Assembly (NCBI GenBank): GCA_043228905.1
Contig: JBHGNT010000015.1
Coordinates: 8,370,001-8,434,000 of the forward strand
Length of the DNA stretch: 64,000 nucleotides
DNA from: Azolla caroliniana
Taxonomy: Eukaryota > Plantae > Polypodiophyta
Direction: 5' to 3'
Shown here: in pieces, positions 1-13,186 of the stretch
How positions within the stretch are numbered: position 1 is the first letter of the stretch
Layout of the letters: each line of letters opens with the position of its first letter
The notes under the pieces: generated by a model
The model's input: only the letters and a program-made list of their open reading frames with translations
Databases searched by the model: none
What the model was told of the DNA's origin: nothing
Translations under genes and position numbers: made by a program

Positions 1-741
1 TGCTTCGCCTTCTCCGTTTGCCAACGCGTGGAGAAGGGATTCGGTTTCCCGGAGGCTGCTTAGGCTGCTGCCGTCGTCCGGCTGCGATGTTTGCTGTAAC
101 CAGAGGGAGTCCTCTACTACTCTCCGGATTACGTTGGAAAACGAGCGATCCGCTCTAATTTCCTGTGCCGCTTGCTGGAAAGCCTTGCGTCTCCTTTGCC
201 TTTCGGCAAGGCGTCGAGTTCGATCTGTAACCAGGTCGTGCATTGATCTAGACATCCATCCGTGCCGTCGTTCGCTGCAAAAACAGGAATCGTGGTCGCC
301 AAAAGCTGTGTTAACTCTTTGGGCCGGACAATGGCCTAACACAGGGTGTCTACGGGAGACACTTCACCAAAGGGTGTTACGGCAACCAGATTAGACTTCA
401 ATGCTTAATTCGACTTAATTAAGTTACTTATTAGGATCGTCTTCATAACACGCGTAAGATATAACAATTAAGACAGGACGGCAATTAACACAGAGATATA
501 ACAACGCTTAACCTTTCATTAATTAACCGCTAACTATTACAATGTATCCGGGCCTTTAAATAGGTTTCCGGTCTGTATTACAAAACGGTGCCATCCGCAC
601 CTGTTCGGGATCGGTCCGGATCCGGAACGGCATACCGATTCCGGTCCGTCCGTCCACACTCATAGCTTAATTACAACCACATTCCTATTACTTAATTAGC
701 TCTCCGTTTCCCACTCTAGACTCCTTTGCCGGCCGGTAACA
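1..741 (-). mobile_element. 5' end of a tRNA-Arg-primed Ty3/gypsy element (5' LTR 309-741, PBS 292-301, gag N-terminus 255->1), inserted in the gag of copia A
   Basis: LTR TGTT(309)...AACA(741) is similar to the LTRs at 33442 and 61564. PBS reads TGGCGACCAC on the minus strand. The minus-strand translation (MSRSMHDL...QAAQEIRADRSFSNVIRRV) matches the gag start near 61530. Confidence 0.8.
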
Positions 742-3700
742 GTTTCGGTATTCCGGAAGTTAGTAAGACTCCGGTACCAAGATGGCTCCAGCATGGCAGA
801 GCATATGAATTCCTTCCAGGGGCTGATACACCAGGCAACGTCATTGGAAGTACCCCTTGCCGATGAGGTATTAGCGTTACTCCTGCTCGGTTCCCTCCCG
901 GATAGCTGGGAGACGTTGGTTGTAACTTTGGGCAACGCCGGGCCGGAAGGAAAACGGTTATCCCTAGCAAGAGTAAAGTCGAGCCTGCTAGATGAGGAGG
1001 CGCGTCGGAAAGACAAAGATACGAGCTCCGACTCCAAAGCGCTTCTTACCGAATCGGAACGCGGAAGACATAGAAACCATAGTCCCCAGAACCGGGAGAA
1101 GTCGGGGACACGGTCAAAGTCAAGGGGGAGGCCTACTTGCTTCTATTGCGGCAAGCCGAGACACTTCCAAAAGAATTGTCGGCATTTCCGTAAAGACAAG
1201 GAAATCGACGGTACCGATTCGAAGCAAACCCCGGACCGGAACGGTAAAGACCGGAGGGGACCGGACCGGAAGGGAACGACGGCAATCGCGGCAAGTGAAG
1301 AAGAGTTGATGCTCATCACCGAGGAGAGTGAAATAAACCTTGTCGGCGACGAGATGACCTGGGTGGTAGACTCCGGAGCGTCGTTCCACCTTACCCCGGA
1401 CCGGAAATGCTTCTCATTCTATGCAGCCGGTGATCACGGCTATGTCCGGATGGGGAATGAAGGTACATGCCGAATTATCGGCATAGGAGACGTGTGGCTA
1501 TCAACACCAACCGGATGCAAGTTGTTGCTGAAGGATGTACGACACGTTCCGGAGGTTCGTCTGAACCTGATATCAGCCGGTCGGCTAGATGATGAAGGCT
1601 ACACGGGTAGCATCCGGAACGGGGTCATGAAATTCAGCAAAGGGAGCCTGATTGTGGCTCGGGCCCGGAAGGTCAACATGTTGTACCTGATGAATGCCCG
1701 GTTATGTCCGGAAGAAGTGAATGTGGCATCCGACACTGCCGGTGAGCTGTGGCACAAGAGGTTGTGTCATATGAGCGAGAAGGGGATGAAGAGGCTTGCA
1801 GACGACAACCTCATTCCAGTGAAGAACGTGCACTTAGAGAAGTGCATTGATTGTCTGGCCAGTAACCAAAACCGGACCTCCTTCCGACCAAGGCCACCGA
1901 TGAGACGTAATGCACCACTGGAGTTGGTGCATACGGATGTGTGTCAAGTAGACACGAAGTCACATGCCGGAGTGCAGTACTTCGTGACATTCATAGATGA
2001 CCACATCCGGAAGCTGTGGGCCACACCACTGAAGACGAAGGATCAGGTGTTATCCGTCTTCAAAGAGCTCCACGCGAGAGTGGAAAGAGAAACCGGCCGG
2101 AAGCTGAAGGCGGTTCGAGCAGATCACGGAGGAGAGTATCGGGGGCAGTTCGAGGAGTACTGCCGCTCGAAGGGAATCCAGCTCGAATTTACCGTGCCGA
2201 AGACGCCGGAACTAAACGGACTGGTCGAGAGGATGAACTGGACCATAATGAGGAGGGTCCGGAGTATGCTAGCGCATGCAAAATTACCCAAGAAGTTTTG
2301 GGCTGAGGCACTGTCGACGGTGACATACGTGATAAATAGATCACCCTCAGTACCCTTGGACGGAGACACGCCACAGAGAGTGTGGACCGGTAAGGAAGTA
2401 TCCTACCGGCATCTAAAGGTGTTCGGTTGTCTCGCGTACGTGCATGTAGCTAAGGACCGGAGAGGAAAGTTAGATCCAAAGACCCGGCCATGCATATTCC
2501 TCGGTTACGGTGACGATGAGTTCGGCTACCGAGTGTGGGACATGGTCGACAAGAAGGTATTCCGGAGTCGAGATATTATCTTCATGGAGGATAAGACGGT
2601 CGTCGACTGGGAGTCGGAGAAGAAGATAATGAACTCCGAGTCGACCGGTAAGGACAGACTCTATGATGAGCAGACCAAACCGGCAAGAGACCGGTTAGCA
2701 CTCGAGGAACCAGCCGGCTACGGTGAGGATACCGAACCGGCAAAGAAGAGGTAGAGGAAGCTGAGACCGGAACCGGCCAAGACCCCGAATCGGATTCGGA
2801 TGAAGAGCAAATGGAGGAGCCGGTTACCGAAGCCAGAAGACGGAGATATCCTCTTAGAGAGAGAAGGGCGCCCCGGAGATTTCCAGATGTAGGGCATGTT
2901 CTGCTGACCGATGAGGGGGAGCCGGAAAGCTTCGAAGAAGCGAAGGAAGACACCCACAGCCGAAAATGGTTAAGTGCCATGCAGGATGAGATGGATTCCC
3001 TGCATGAGAACCATACGTATGAATTGGTGGAGTTGTCGAAAGGAAAGCGGGCACTCCGAAACAAGTGGGTGTACAAGTTGAAACCGGGAGATGCCGGCAA
3101 CCCCCCGAGATACAAAGCCAGGATCGTGGTCAAGGGGTTCCAGCAAAAGAAGGGCGTGGACTTCGATGAGATATTTGCCCCGGTAGTAAAGATGACCTCC
3201 ATCCGGACGGTGCTGAGTATAGCAGCAAGCATGGACCTCGAGGTAGAGCAGCTGGACGTGAAGACGACATTCCTTCACGGCGACCTCGAAGAGGAAATCT
3301 ACATGCAGCAACTGGAAGGGTTTGTGGAGAAAAGGAGCACCTGGTATGCCGGTTGATGAAGAGCCTGTACGGACTAAAGCATGCTCCCCGGCAATGGTAC
3401 CGGAAGTTCGACTCCTTCATGACCGATCAAGGGTACCACAAGACACAGGCCGATCACTGCGTGTTTGTGAAGAAGTTCGAAGGAGGGGACTTCCTAATAC
3501 TCCTCCTATACGTGGATGACATGTTGGTCGTCGGACGTGACCAAGTCAAAATACGGATGTTGAAGAAGGCTCTAAACCGGACCTTCTCAATGAAAGACGT
3601 GGGTCCGGCAAGACAGATGTTGGGGATGCACATCATTCGGGACCGGTTAAAGAAGCAACTATGGTTGTCACAGGAGAAGTATGTGACAAAGGTGCTTCAC

Positions 3701-4470
3701 CGGTTCAACATGTCAGAAGCGAAACCGGTCGGATCGACACTTCCGGCAAACTGCAGGCTATCCGGCAAGCAAAGCCCGAAGACGAAAGTAGAGAAGGCGG
3801 ATATGATGAAGATTCCATATGCCTCTGCCGTCGGGAGCTTGATGTACGCTATGGTGTGTACCCGACCGGATATAGGATACGCAGTCAGAGTGGTGAGCCG
3901 GTTCATGAGTAATCCCGGCAAGGAGCACTGGAACGTAGTCATGGATACTCCGGTACTTGAAGGGCACTTCAAATATGTGTCTCCGATTCGGCTCCAGAAA
4001 ACCTCAACTGGACGGTTTCACCGATTCGGACATGTCGGCTGATGTGGATACCATCCGGTCTACATCCGGGTATGTAATGACATATGCGGGGGGAGTTGTT
4101 TCATGGCAGTCGAGGCTGCAGAAGACAGTTGCATTGTCAACCACGGAGGCGGAGTACATGGTAGCTGTGGAAGCCGGCAAGGAAATCTTATGGATGAAGG
4201 ACTTCATCGGTGAGCTCAGGTTTAGGCAAGAGGAATATTGACTCTATTGCGACAGTCAAAGTGCCATCCACCTTCATAGAATGCGGCATACCATTCCCGG
4301 ACGAAGCATATCCAGCGGAGGTATCACTGGATCCGAGAAAGAGTAGATGACCAGGAGTTCGCACTGACGAAGATCCACACGGCTGAGAACGGGTCAGATA
4401 TGCTGACCAAAGTGCTGACACTCAACAAGCTGGATGCATGCCGGAAGAGAATCGGACTGGTAAGACACCC
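742..4470 (+). pseudogene. copia gag-pol polyprotein with stop and frameshifts (main ORF 793-2754)
   Basis: Zn knuckle CFYCGKPRHFQKNC, protease VVDSGAS, GAG-pre-integrase LWHKRLCH, rve core, RT YKARIVVKGF/LYVDDML, RNase H SDSDMSAD...STTEAEY; split over several frames. Confidence 0.92.
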
Positions 4471-4554
4471 CATGCCGGAGTGAAGGGGGAGTTTGTTGGG
4501 AGACAGGTCCCTCCGGATGGGAAGGGAGAAGAACAGTGCCGACGAACAGACTAC

Positions 4555-4876
4555 GGAGTACCCGGCTACGGTATGAGGAGTACCCGGCTACGGAGAGCCG
4601 GTATGATACAGACCCGGTGTGAACCGGATGAGGAGTACTCGGCTACGGAGAGCCGGATGGTGCAGGCCCGGTATGAACCGGATGAGGAGTACCCGGCTAC
4701 GGAGAGCCGGATGGTGCAGGCCCGGTATGAACCGGATGAGGAGTACCCGGCTACGGAGAGCCGGATGGTGCAGGCCCGGTATACGGAGAGCCGGATGGTG
4801 CAGGCCCGGTATGAACCGGATGAGGAGTACCCGACTACAGAGAGCCGGATGATGCAGGCCCAGTATGAACCGGAGG
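4555..4876 (+). repeat. 54-bp CCGG-rich tandem repeat in U3 of the copia-A LTR
   Basis: Unit GAGTACCCGGCTACGGAGAGCCGGATGGTGCAGGCCCGGTATGAACCGGATGAG repeated ~5 times; also present in LTR copies at 5760-6000, 38230-38450 and 39113-39300. Confidence 0.9.
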
Positions 4877-5332
4877 AAGAGACATATTTGTAAATATGTT
4901 TCTGAGAGCCCATTGTGGCTATATTTGTAAATAGCCAAAAAGTCATATTAGTATAAATATGACTTAGGGCAAACTAATATTATGTTGTTGTTATTCTTCC
5001 TTGTTGGTGCAAGAAGAAGAGAGAGTGCGTAACTATACAGAGTGAGAGAGAGAGACGAGGTCGTTGCCTCTGTTGTAACCGCCGCTTGTGGCGAAGATTT
5101 GTGAGCACGAGGTCGGTGCTTCAGTGAACTCACTGTTTTGTACATTCATACATAGTGACAGTTTGCAGCCTGTGGGCTGCCGTGGTTTTTCCCCTAGCTT
5201 GGGGTTTTCCACGTTAACCTCCTGTGTACCATTTCTCCTCTTTGTGTCGTGTTCTATTTCCCGTTTTTTGTGTATGAAAAGAATCTCGGTTGTGGCCGAG
5301 CGTTGGACATAAGGAACGACAAGTTCCTGTCA

Positions 5333-5554
5333 CAGAAAACGGGAATAATGAACGATACGAAGAAGAGACGAGTACGCAGGATGTTTACGTGGAAAACCCA
5401 AACTAAGGGAAAAACTACGGCAGCCCACAGGCTGCAAACTATCACTATGTTAGAATGTACAACAGTGAGTTCACGGAGAAAACGACCTCGTGCTCACGAT
5501 CCTCGCCACAGGCGGCGGTTACAACAGAGGCAATGACCTCTTTCTCTCTCTCTC

Positions 5555-5589
<35 letters not shown>

Positions 5590-6022
5590 GTACACAGTTA
5601 CGCGCTCTCTCTCCTTGCACCAACAAGAATGACAACAACACTCACTAAAAGTTTGCCCTAAGTCATATTTATACTAATATGACTTTTCGGCTATTTACAA
5701 ATATAGCCACGATGGACTCTCAGAGACATATTTACGAGTATGTCTCTTCATCCGGAGAGCACTCCTCACCGGGTCTTCACCATCCGGCTCTCCGTAGCCG
5801 GGTACTCCTCATCCGGTTCTCACCGGGTCTGTACCATCCGGCTCTCTGTAGCCGGGTACTCCTCATCCGGTTCTCACCGGGTCTGTACCATCCGGCTCTC
5901 CGTAGCCGAGTACTCCTCATCCGGTTCTCACCAGGTCTGCACCATCCGGTCCTCCGTAGCCGGGTACTCCTCATCCGGTTCTCACCGGGTCTGCACCATC
6001 CGGAGGGACCTGTCTCCCAACA
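5333..6022 (-). mobile_element. copia-A family LTR in reverse orientation, interrupted near its 3' end by element A
   Basis: Reverse-complement match to 4494-5270; ends CCCAACA at 6022. Confidence 0.88.
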
Positions 6023-6166
6023 GTTTCTTCGAGTCGTGTGGCTGTCGTCGGTGTGCGTGAGTAGGACCCCGTGTCGGGTCCATTACCGGGTTGCCGGTTG
6101 TAAGCTATTGACTATAGTAATCGGATTCCTGTTTTCCTTGCTCTTAATCTCTCTCTGTGTACTTGC

Positions 6167-6265
<99 letters not shown>

Positions 6266-6324
6266 TGGTCTGAGACCCCCGTGGCCCCGCCTCTTTCTAC
6301 ACGCATGCGCGTAACAACACGACA
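6023..6324 (+). mobile_element. 3' tail of an LTR of the 4-bp-TSD gypsy group, containing a (CT)n tract at ~6168-6262
   Basis: The terminal ~65 bp align with the terminus of the solo LTR at 29170; ends CACGACA and is followed by ACGT of the copia RT. Confidence 0.7.
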
Positions 6325-9300
6325 ACGTTCCAGTGCTCTCTTCCGGGATTCCTCATGAACCGGCTCACCACTCCGACTCCATATCCGATATCCGGCCGGG
6401 TACACACCATTGCGTACATTAAGCTCCTGATGGCAGCGGCATATGGTATCTTCATCATATCCGCCTCCTCTGCCTTTGTGCTCGGGCTCTGCTTTTCGGA
6501 TAGCTTGTAGTTTGCCGGAAGTGTTGATCCGACCGGTTTCGCATCCGACATGTTGAACCGTTGTAGCACCTTCGTCACATACTTTTCCTGTGACAGCCAC
6601 AATAGCTTCTTCGACCGGTCCCGGATGATGTGCATCCCCAATATCTGTCTTGCCAGACCCAAGTCTTTCATTGAGAAGGTCTGATTCAGGGCCTTCTTCA
6701 GCATCCGTATTTTGACTTGGTTTCGTCTGACTATCAGCATATCATCCACGTATAAGAGTAATATCAGAGAATCTCCTCCATCAAATTTCTTCACAAAGAC
6801 GCAGTGATTGGCTTGTGTCTTGTGGTACCCTTGATCCGTCATGAAGGCGTCGAACTTCCGGTACCATTGCCGGGGAGCTTGTTTCAGTCTGTATAAGCTC
6901 TTCTTCAGCTAGCATACCAGGTGCTCCTTCCCTTTCTTCGCGAATCCTTTCGGTTGCTGCATGTAGATCTCCTCTTCGAGGTCACCATGGAGGAATGTTG
7001 TCTTGACGTGTAGTTGCTCTACCTCGAGGTCCATGCTTGCCGCTATGCCCAATACCGTTCGGATGGATGTCATCTTTACTACCGGGGCAAAGATCTCATC
7101 GAAATCCACTCCTTTCTTCTGTTGGAAGCCCTTCACCACAATTCGGGCCTTATACCTGGGTGGATTTCCGGCATCTCCCGGTTTCAACTTGTACACCCAC
7201 TTGTTCTAGAGTGCTCTCTTCCCTTTCGGCAACTCCGTTAGTTCATATGTGTCGTTCTCATGTATGGAATCCATCTCATCCTACATGGCACTCAACCACT
7301 TGCGGTTGTGGGTGTCTCTCTTTACTTCTTCGAAGCTTTCCGGCTCCCCCTCATCGGTTAGCAACACATGCTCTCTATCCGGAAATTTCTGGGGGGCTCT
7401 TCTCTCTCGGAGAGGATATCTCCGTCCCTGGTTTCTGACTACTAGTTCCTCCATTTGTTCCTCATCCAAATCCGATTCGGGATCTTGTCTGGTTTTGGTG
7501 TCTTCTTCTTCTTCTTCCGTCGGTTCGGTTTCCTGTCCGTATCTGGCCGGTTCGTCAAGTGTCATCCGGTTACCGGCTAGCATCCGGTTTTCAACCAGGT
7601 AAGTCCTTGTGTCCTCAAGCCGGTTTTCAATAAATGATCTGGAGTTCATCACCTTCTCCAACTCCTAGTCGGCAATGGTCCCGTCCCGTCTTCGATGAAG
7701 ACTATGTCCCGACTCCAAGACACCTTCTTGTCGACCAGATCCCACACGCGGTAACTGAACTCATCATCGCCGTATCCAAGGAATATGCATGGCATGGACT
7801 TCAGATCCAGCTTTGCTCTATTGTTCTTCGCCACATGCACGTATTCGAGACACCCGAACACCTTTAGATGCCAGTCAAAGACATCTTTACCGGTCCATAC
7901 TTTCTGAGGTGTGTCTCCGTCCAAGGGTACTGAGGGTGATCTATTTATCACATAGGTAGCCGTCGTGAGCGCCTCAGCCCAAAACGTCTTGGGTAACTTT
8001 GCATGTGCTAGCATGCTCCGAACTCTCTCCATTATGGTCCGATTCATCCTTTCGACCAACCCGTTTAGTTTCAGCGTCTTCGACACAGTAAACTTGAGTC
8101 GGATTCCCTTCGACCGACAGTACTCCTCTAACTGCCCCCAATATTCTCCTCCGTTATCTGCTTGAACCGCCTTCAACTTCCGGCCGGTTTCTCTTTCCAC
8201 CCTCGCGTGGAGCTCCTTGAAGACGGATAACACCTGATCCTTCGTCTTCAATGGTGAGACCCACAGCTTCCGGCTATGGTCATCTATGAACATCACGAAG
8301 TACTGTGATCCGGCATGTGACTTCGTGTCCACTTGACACACATCCGTATGCACTAGCTCCAGTGGTGCATTCCGTCTCATCGGTGGTCTTGACCGGAAGG
8401 AGGTACAGTTTTTCTTGTCGGCCAAGCAGTCGATGCACTTCTCAAGTTGCACATCCTTCACCGGAATGAGGTTGTCTTCGGCAAGCCTCTTCATCCCCTT
8501 CTCACTCATGTGACACAATCTTTTGTGCCACAGCTCACCGACAGTGTCGGAAGTAATGTTCACTTCTTATTCCCGGCATAACCAGGCGTTCATAAGGTAC
8601 AACGTGTTGACTTTCCAGGTCTGAGCCACTATTAGGCTCCCCTTGCTGAACTTCATGACTCCATTCCGGATGCTACCTGTGTAGCCTTCATCATCTAGTC
8701 AACCGACTGATATTAGGTTCAATCGAACCTTCAGAACGTGTCAGACATCCTTCAACAGCAACTTGCATCCGGTTGGTGTCGTCAACCACACGTCTCCTAT
8801 GCCGACAATTCGGCATGTACCTTCATTCCCCATCCGGACACAGCCGTGCTCACCGGCTGTGTAGGATGAGAAGCATTTCCGGTCCGGGGTAAGGTGGAAC
8901 GACGCTCCGGAATCGACAACCCACGTTGTCTCGTCACCGGCAAGGTTCAACTCACTCTCTTCGGTGATGAGCATTAGTTCCTCTTCACTTGCCACGATCG
9001 CCGTCGTTCCCTTCCGGTCCGGGCCTCGCCGATCCGAACCGTTTCGGTCCGGTGACTTCTTTGAATCAGTACTGTCAATTCCCTTGTCTTTCCAGAAATA
9101 CCGACAGTTCTTCTGGAAGTGCCCCAGCTTGCCGCAATAGAAGCAAGTGGGCCTCTTCCTTGACTTTGACCGTGTCCCCGACTTTTCCCAGTTCTGGGGA
9201 CTCTGATTCCTTTGTCTTCCACGTTCCGATTCAGTAAGGAGGGCTTTGGCGTCGGAGATCACCTCCTTGTCTTTCCGACACGCCTCCTCATCTAGCAAGC

Positions 9301-10127
9301 TCGACTTGACTCTTCCTAGGAATAGTTGTTTTCCTTCCAGCCTGGGGTTGGCCAACGTGACAACTAACATCTCCCACCTATCCGGGAGGGAATCGAGTAG
9401 GAGTAGAGCAAGTATCTCATCGGCGAGATCTTGTCCCACACTGTGGCATCGATCTTGTCCGGTCTCTTGTCCCCGAACTGAACCGGTAACCAAAGATCTT
9501 TGACCACGAGCATGTCTCTCATCTTCGATTTCCACACTGAGTAGTTGGAGTCGGTGAGCTTGAACATGCCGCCGAACGATTCTTCCATTTCCTGTGTTGT
9601 TTGCTCTGATACCAGTTTGTTGAGAAATAGCGCGGAATATCGCTCATCCACAACCGAGTCTTGAACACTTCGATGAGAATGGAGAACACAAACATGGGAA
9701 CTAAAGAGTGAACAGAAGATGTTTACATGGAAAACCCTAATAGGGAAAAACCGTGGGAGCCCACAAACTCTGAACTATCACTATGAAGAGAAGGGGTACA
9801 ATCAGAGACTCGTAGGCAACAACCTCGAGCTCGATTTCTTCACCAGGTGGCGGTTACAACAGAGTATTGCTTTGTATCTCTCTTTCTCTCTCTCTCTCTC
9901 TGTCGTTCTCACCGTACAACCGTTACAACAACAATGATCAACTACACATATAAACTGATTGCCCTAAGTCATATTTATACTTATATGAATTTAGGGCTAT
10001 TTACAAATATAGCCTCAATGGGCTTACTGAGAAACATATTTACAGATATGTCTTCTACATTCGGTTCTCACCGGGTCTTCTATGTCCGGTTCTCAAGATC
10101 CCATCCGGAGGGACCGAAATCCCAACA
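6325..10127 (-). mobile_element. Ty1/copia element B (relative of A), decayed; 5' LTR 9618-10127, tRNA-iMet PBS 9603-9614, gag start 9588, internal gag deletion near 9428
   Basis: TGGTATCAGAGC PBS on the minus strand; gag/PR/IN/RT ORF fragments (8741-9535, 7649-8563, 6909-7196, 6297-6842) closely similar to element A; cut in RT at 6325. Confidence 0.92.
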
Positions 10128-10227
10128 CTTAAGAATTTGGCTCGATGGGGGGTTGAAGTTCAAGTATCAAGTGTAGCAGTTGTTTGGGTAGTTACTGAAT
10201 CAGCTGCATGGTTTCATGGGTGGAATG

Positions 10228-12960
10228 TGTTGGCTAGCAAGGCAAAAGGGCCGGTTAGAGTCCAGAATGTAAAAGGGGTATTTAATTACGAATAGGGAGT
10301 TGAAATTAATAAGTACTATGTTATTTTGAGAATTAATAAGTATTATGTTAAGTTGAGAAGCGGGCGGACGGACCCATAATTGGTATGTCAATTCGGATCC
10401 GAACCAGATCGTTGCTGGTTGCCAGTTGGCACCGATTTGTAACTCAGTCAAAGACCTATAAAAGGAACCGGCAAGAATGTAATCAATGACAGATAATTAA
10501 TAGAAGTGTTGTTGTTTATGTATGTTTAGTGTCTATCTGGTTACCGTCTTGTGCTTAATATAATTAATCTTACTCGTGTATTACGACTAATTAAGAGTGT
10601 CAGTTAGTGACCGATTATGACCCATTCGATACTACGGTCTATCCATATCTCCCCGTACCACCCTTTGGTGAAGTGTTCCATAGGGACACCCTCTGTTACG
10701 GCTTGTCCAGCCTAAGGGATAACATAGTTTTTGGTGACCACTAAGGCAAGCCCCCTTTGAGGATAAAGTCGAAGACTAATACACGGCAAAGTCATGGCAA
10801 CAACGAAATGTGCAAGAAATCAAATCAATGATGTGCGAGAAATGGTGATGGTGATTGGACGCCGTCGAGAAATATAACACGGTGATGTTGGGCGAGAGGA
10901 AGTCGCAAAATGATGTGCGATGGAAGTATATGCAAGAGAACCCGAAATGGAATCAACGAGAGTGCAAGAATGGCAACAACGTTTGTGCGAGGTTGCGATT
11001 AGTGTCGATATGCGTGTTTCCAAATGCGGTTTGGAACAATGTGAGTGTTTTCAAAAGCATGGTGCAAGATGCATGGTTGGACAAACAACGACACGACCAG
11101 AAAGAGAAGCCCATCAAGAGACTGCGAAGGAAGAAGCAGTGTGTGGAGTGGATGCCGGCAGGATGTGCTGAGAATGCACAAGATATGGTTCCAGAAGAAG
11201 AAACGCGGAGAGAGTTGGAACCAGAATTGGAACCAGATCCAGAGTAGGTTAACAATGAAGGGCCGAAGAAGATGGGGAAGGAGATGTAGATGTAAACCAG
11301 ACATCGACTACCAAAGAAACCAACAACGCCGGAAAGACACGATCAGATGCACTAGACAAAGACGACAAAAAGACACTACTCAAACAGACACAAAGAATGG
11401 AACAATGAAGGAGAAACACGACCAGAACAGATGCTAAGAACCAGTACAACAAAAACAAGACCACATGTGCCCTCTAGGTCATCGTCATCAAGTGGAAAGC
11501 GGAAAAAGCAACGGCGACAGGAGCGCAGACGACCAAAATGGCCAGATATGGGAGCAGCTAGACAGTAGTCGAACTGACAGCCGAAAAACTGGCCGGAATA
11601 GACCAGAAGACGACGGACAATGCCGAATTACGACGAACCGACAAAGGAACGACGGCCGGATGGCCACCGTACGAAGAGCGGCTGAAGCACGGCGGATGAA
11701 GTACTGGCCAAAGAGCAACCAGTATGGCGGCCAAACAGTGGCTGGAGAGCGGCCAGAATGCAGGACAAATGGCCGGACGACGACGACGCTATACGGTAGA
11801 GGCCGGACAGTGGCGGCCAGACAACCGATGGTCGTAAAGAATAGAGACAGCCGAACAAAGATGACAAACCAGAGAATGGCCAGACAGGGTCGACATAGAT
11901 GGTAACGACGCCAAAAAATGCAGAACAACAACGGAAATCGGCGGCCGGACAGCCACGTCCGAACATCGAAGGACACCAATGGCAAGGACACCGACGGCAA
12001 CGGAGCCGGAGATGGAAACAAAAACAAAAACAAAGACTGAGACAACCAAATACCGAGATGGAGATGAATAGAGAAGGCCAGACAAACACAGACAAAAACA
12101 GAGAGTGATAGCCACGGACAATGGACATAGCGGTGGTGAAAGAAGGAAGAAAAACAAGAAAAGAGGATGAAGATAAAAAGAAGAGAAAGATGAAGCAGAA
12201 TCAGAAAAGAAGAAGAAGAGGAAGAAGAGGAAGGAGACATGTAGTCGTTGATGAATAGAGAAGGAAAGAGAGGAAGACCAAATAGAAAAGGGAGGGAAAG
12301 AGAACCATAAGGAGCATCCTAGGAATTACGAATACATAAGGGTATAACGAGCTGATTTCATAAACATAAGGCTACATAATTAAAAAATTTAAAAATCAAA
12401 GGGCACCTATGGAATTTCGAAAACTCATGAACCTAAAAGAAATGGATGCGATCCACACACAACTCACAAGATACAAAGAAGAACACACATACAAACAACG
12501 TCTTTTTGACGACACAAATGATGTTACCAAAGTTTGTGAGCCGACAGAACGAGAATGTTTGTGTCGATGAAGTCGGTGACCGATGAAGATGTTCAAGTCA
12601 AGCGCTTCGATTGAGGGAGTCGATCATTGAGACGATCGATGGAAGTTCCAATCGAAGAAAGATTATGATCAAGGCATGTGGGATCGACGTGCAAGGCACT
12701 CTCCCAGGGGCGTGCCATATTGTGTTACTGTACGAGATGTACGGGTGATTGATAACTGTGATAAGTGAGGGTGAAAGATGTAATGTGTTGATATGTGTGT
12801 GTAATGTTATGTGATTATGAGTGTGAATGTAAGTGTGAGTGTGGTGGATATGAAGAGGTGTGAGTGAGTGACTAGGTGTGAATGCCCAAGGGGCTTGCAC
12901 CCTTGTGTATCTACCCCTTTGTACCTATTTAACCCCTTATGGGGAATGAATGAATGAAGG

Positions 12961-13008
<48 letters not shown>

Positions 13009-13186
13009 CCCCTTAACGTTGAACCCCCTTGGGAGGGGGGTGGAGCCATTCTAGGCACCACCCCCCACCCCACAATGCGTGTCTTGTTCTTCTTGATCTC
13101 TCTCACCATCATGTTGTTCATCATTTTCATTATTACACCATTACTATTCATCCTCATCCTCTACCCTAACCCTAAAACATACAACA
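10228..13186 (+). mobile_element. Non-coding LTR element with discordant LTRs: gypsy-type LTR 10228-10724, Arg-type PBS ~10732-10745, non-coding interior, LTR 12723-13186 of the non-autonomous family
   Basis: The left LTR resembles the 309-741/33442 family. The interior and right LTR resemble 15321-18839. No matching TSD. Confidence 0.75.

Larger units (their letters stand above)
742..5332 (+). mobile_element. Ty1/copia element A (Tnt1/Tork-like); 5' part lies outside the window; PPT ~4479-4491, 3' LTR 4494-5332
   Basis: Domain order gag-PR-IN-RT-RH; PPT AGTGAAGGGGGAG followed by TGTTGGG...GTCA; the LTR matches the TSD-delimited copy at 37726-38528. Confidence 0.92.

Noticed and set aside
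4555-4876. Regular repeats resembling a CRISPR array, and the repeat ORF 4438-4893
   Set aside because: Head-to-tail units with no unique spacers, inside a eukaryotic LTR; the ORFs arise because the unit length is a multiple of 3.
5679-6600. ORFs with poly-SL/ER runs
   Set aside because: Translations through (CT)n microsatellites and LTR junctions.
11488-12240. Long hydrophobic minus-strand ORFs (also 16606-17463 and 17022-17822) as env-like membrane proteins
   Set aside because: Explained by the purine-rich, T-poor plus strand; several overlapping frames are open and no clear protein conservation between sister copies is visible.
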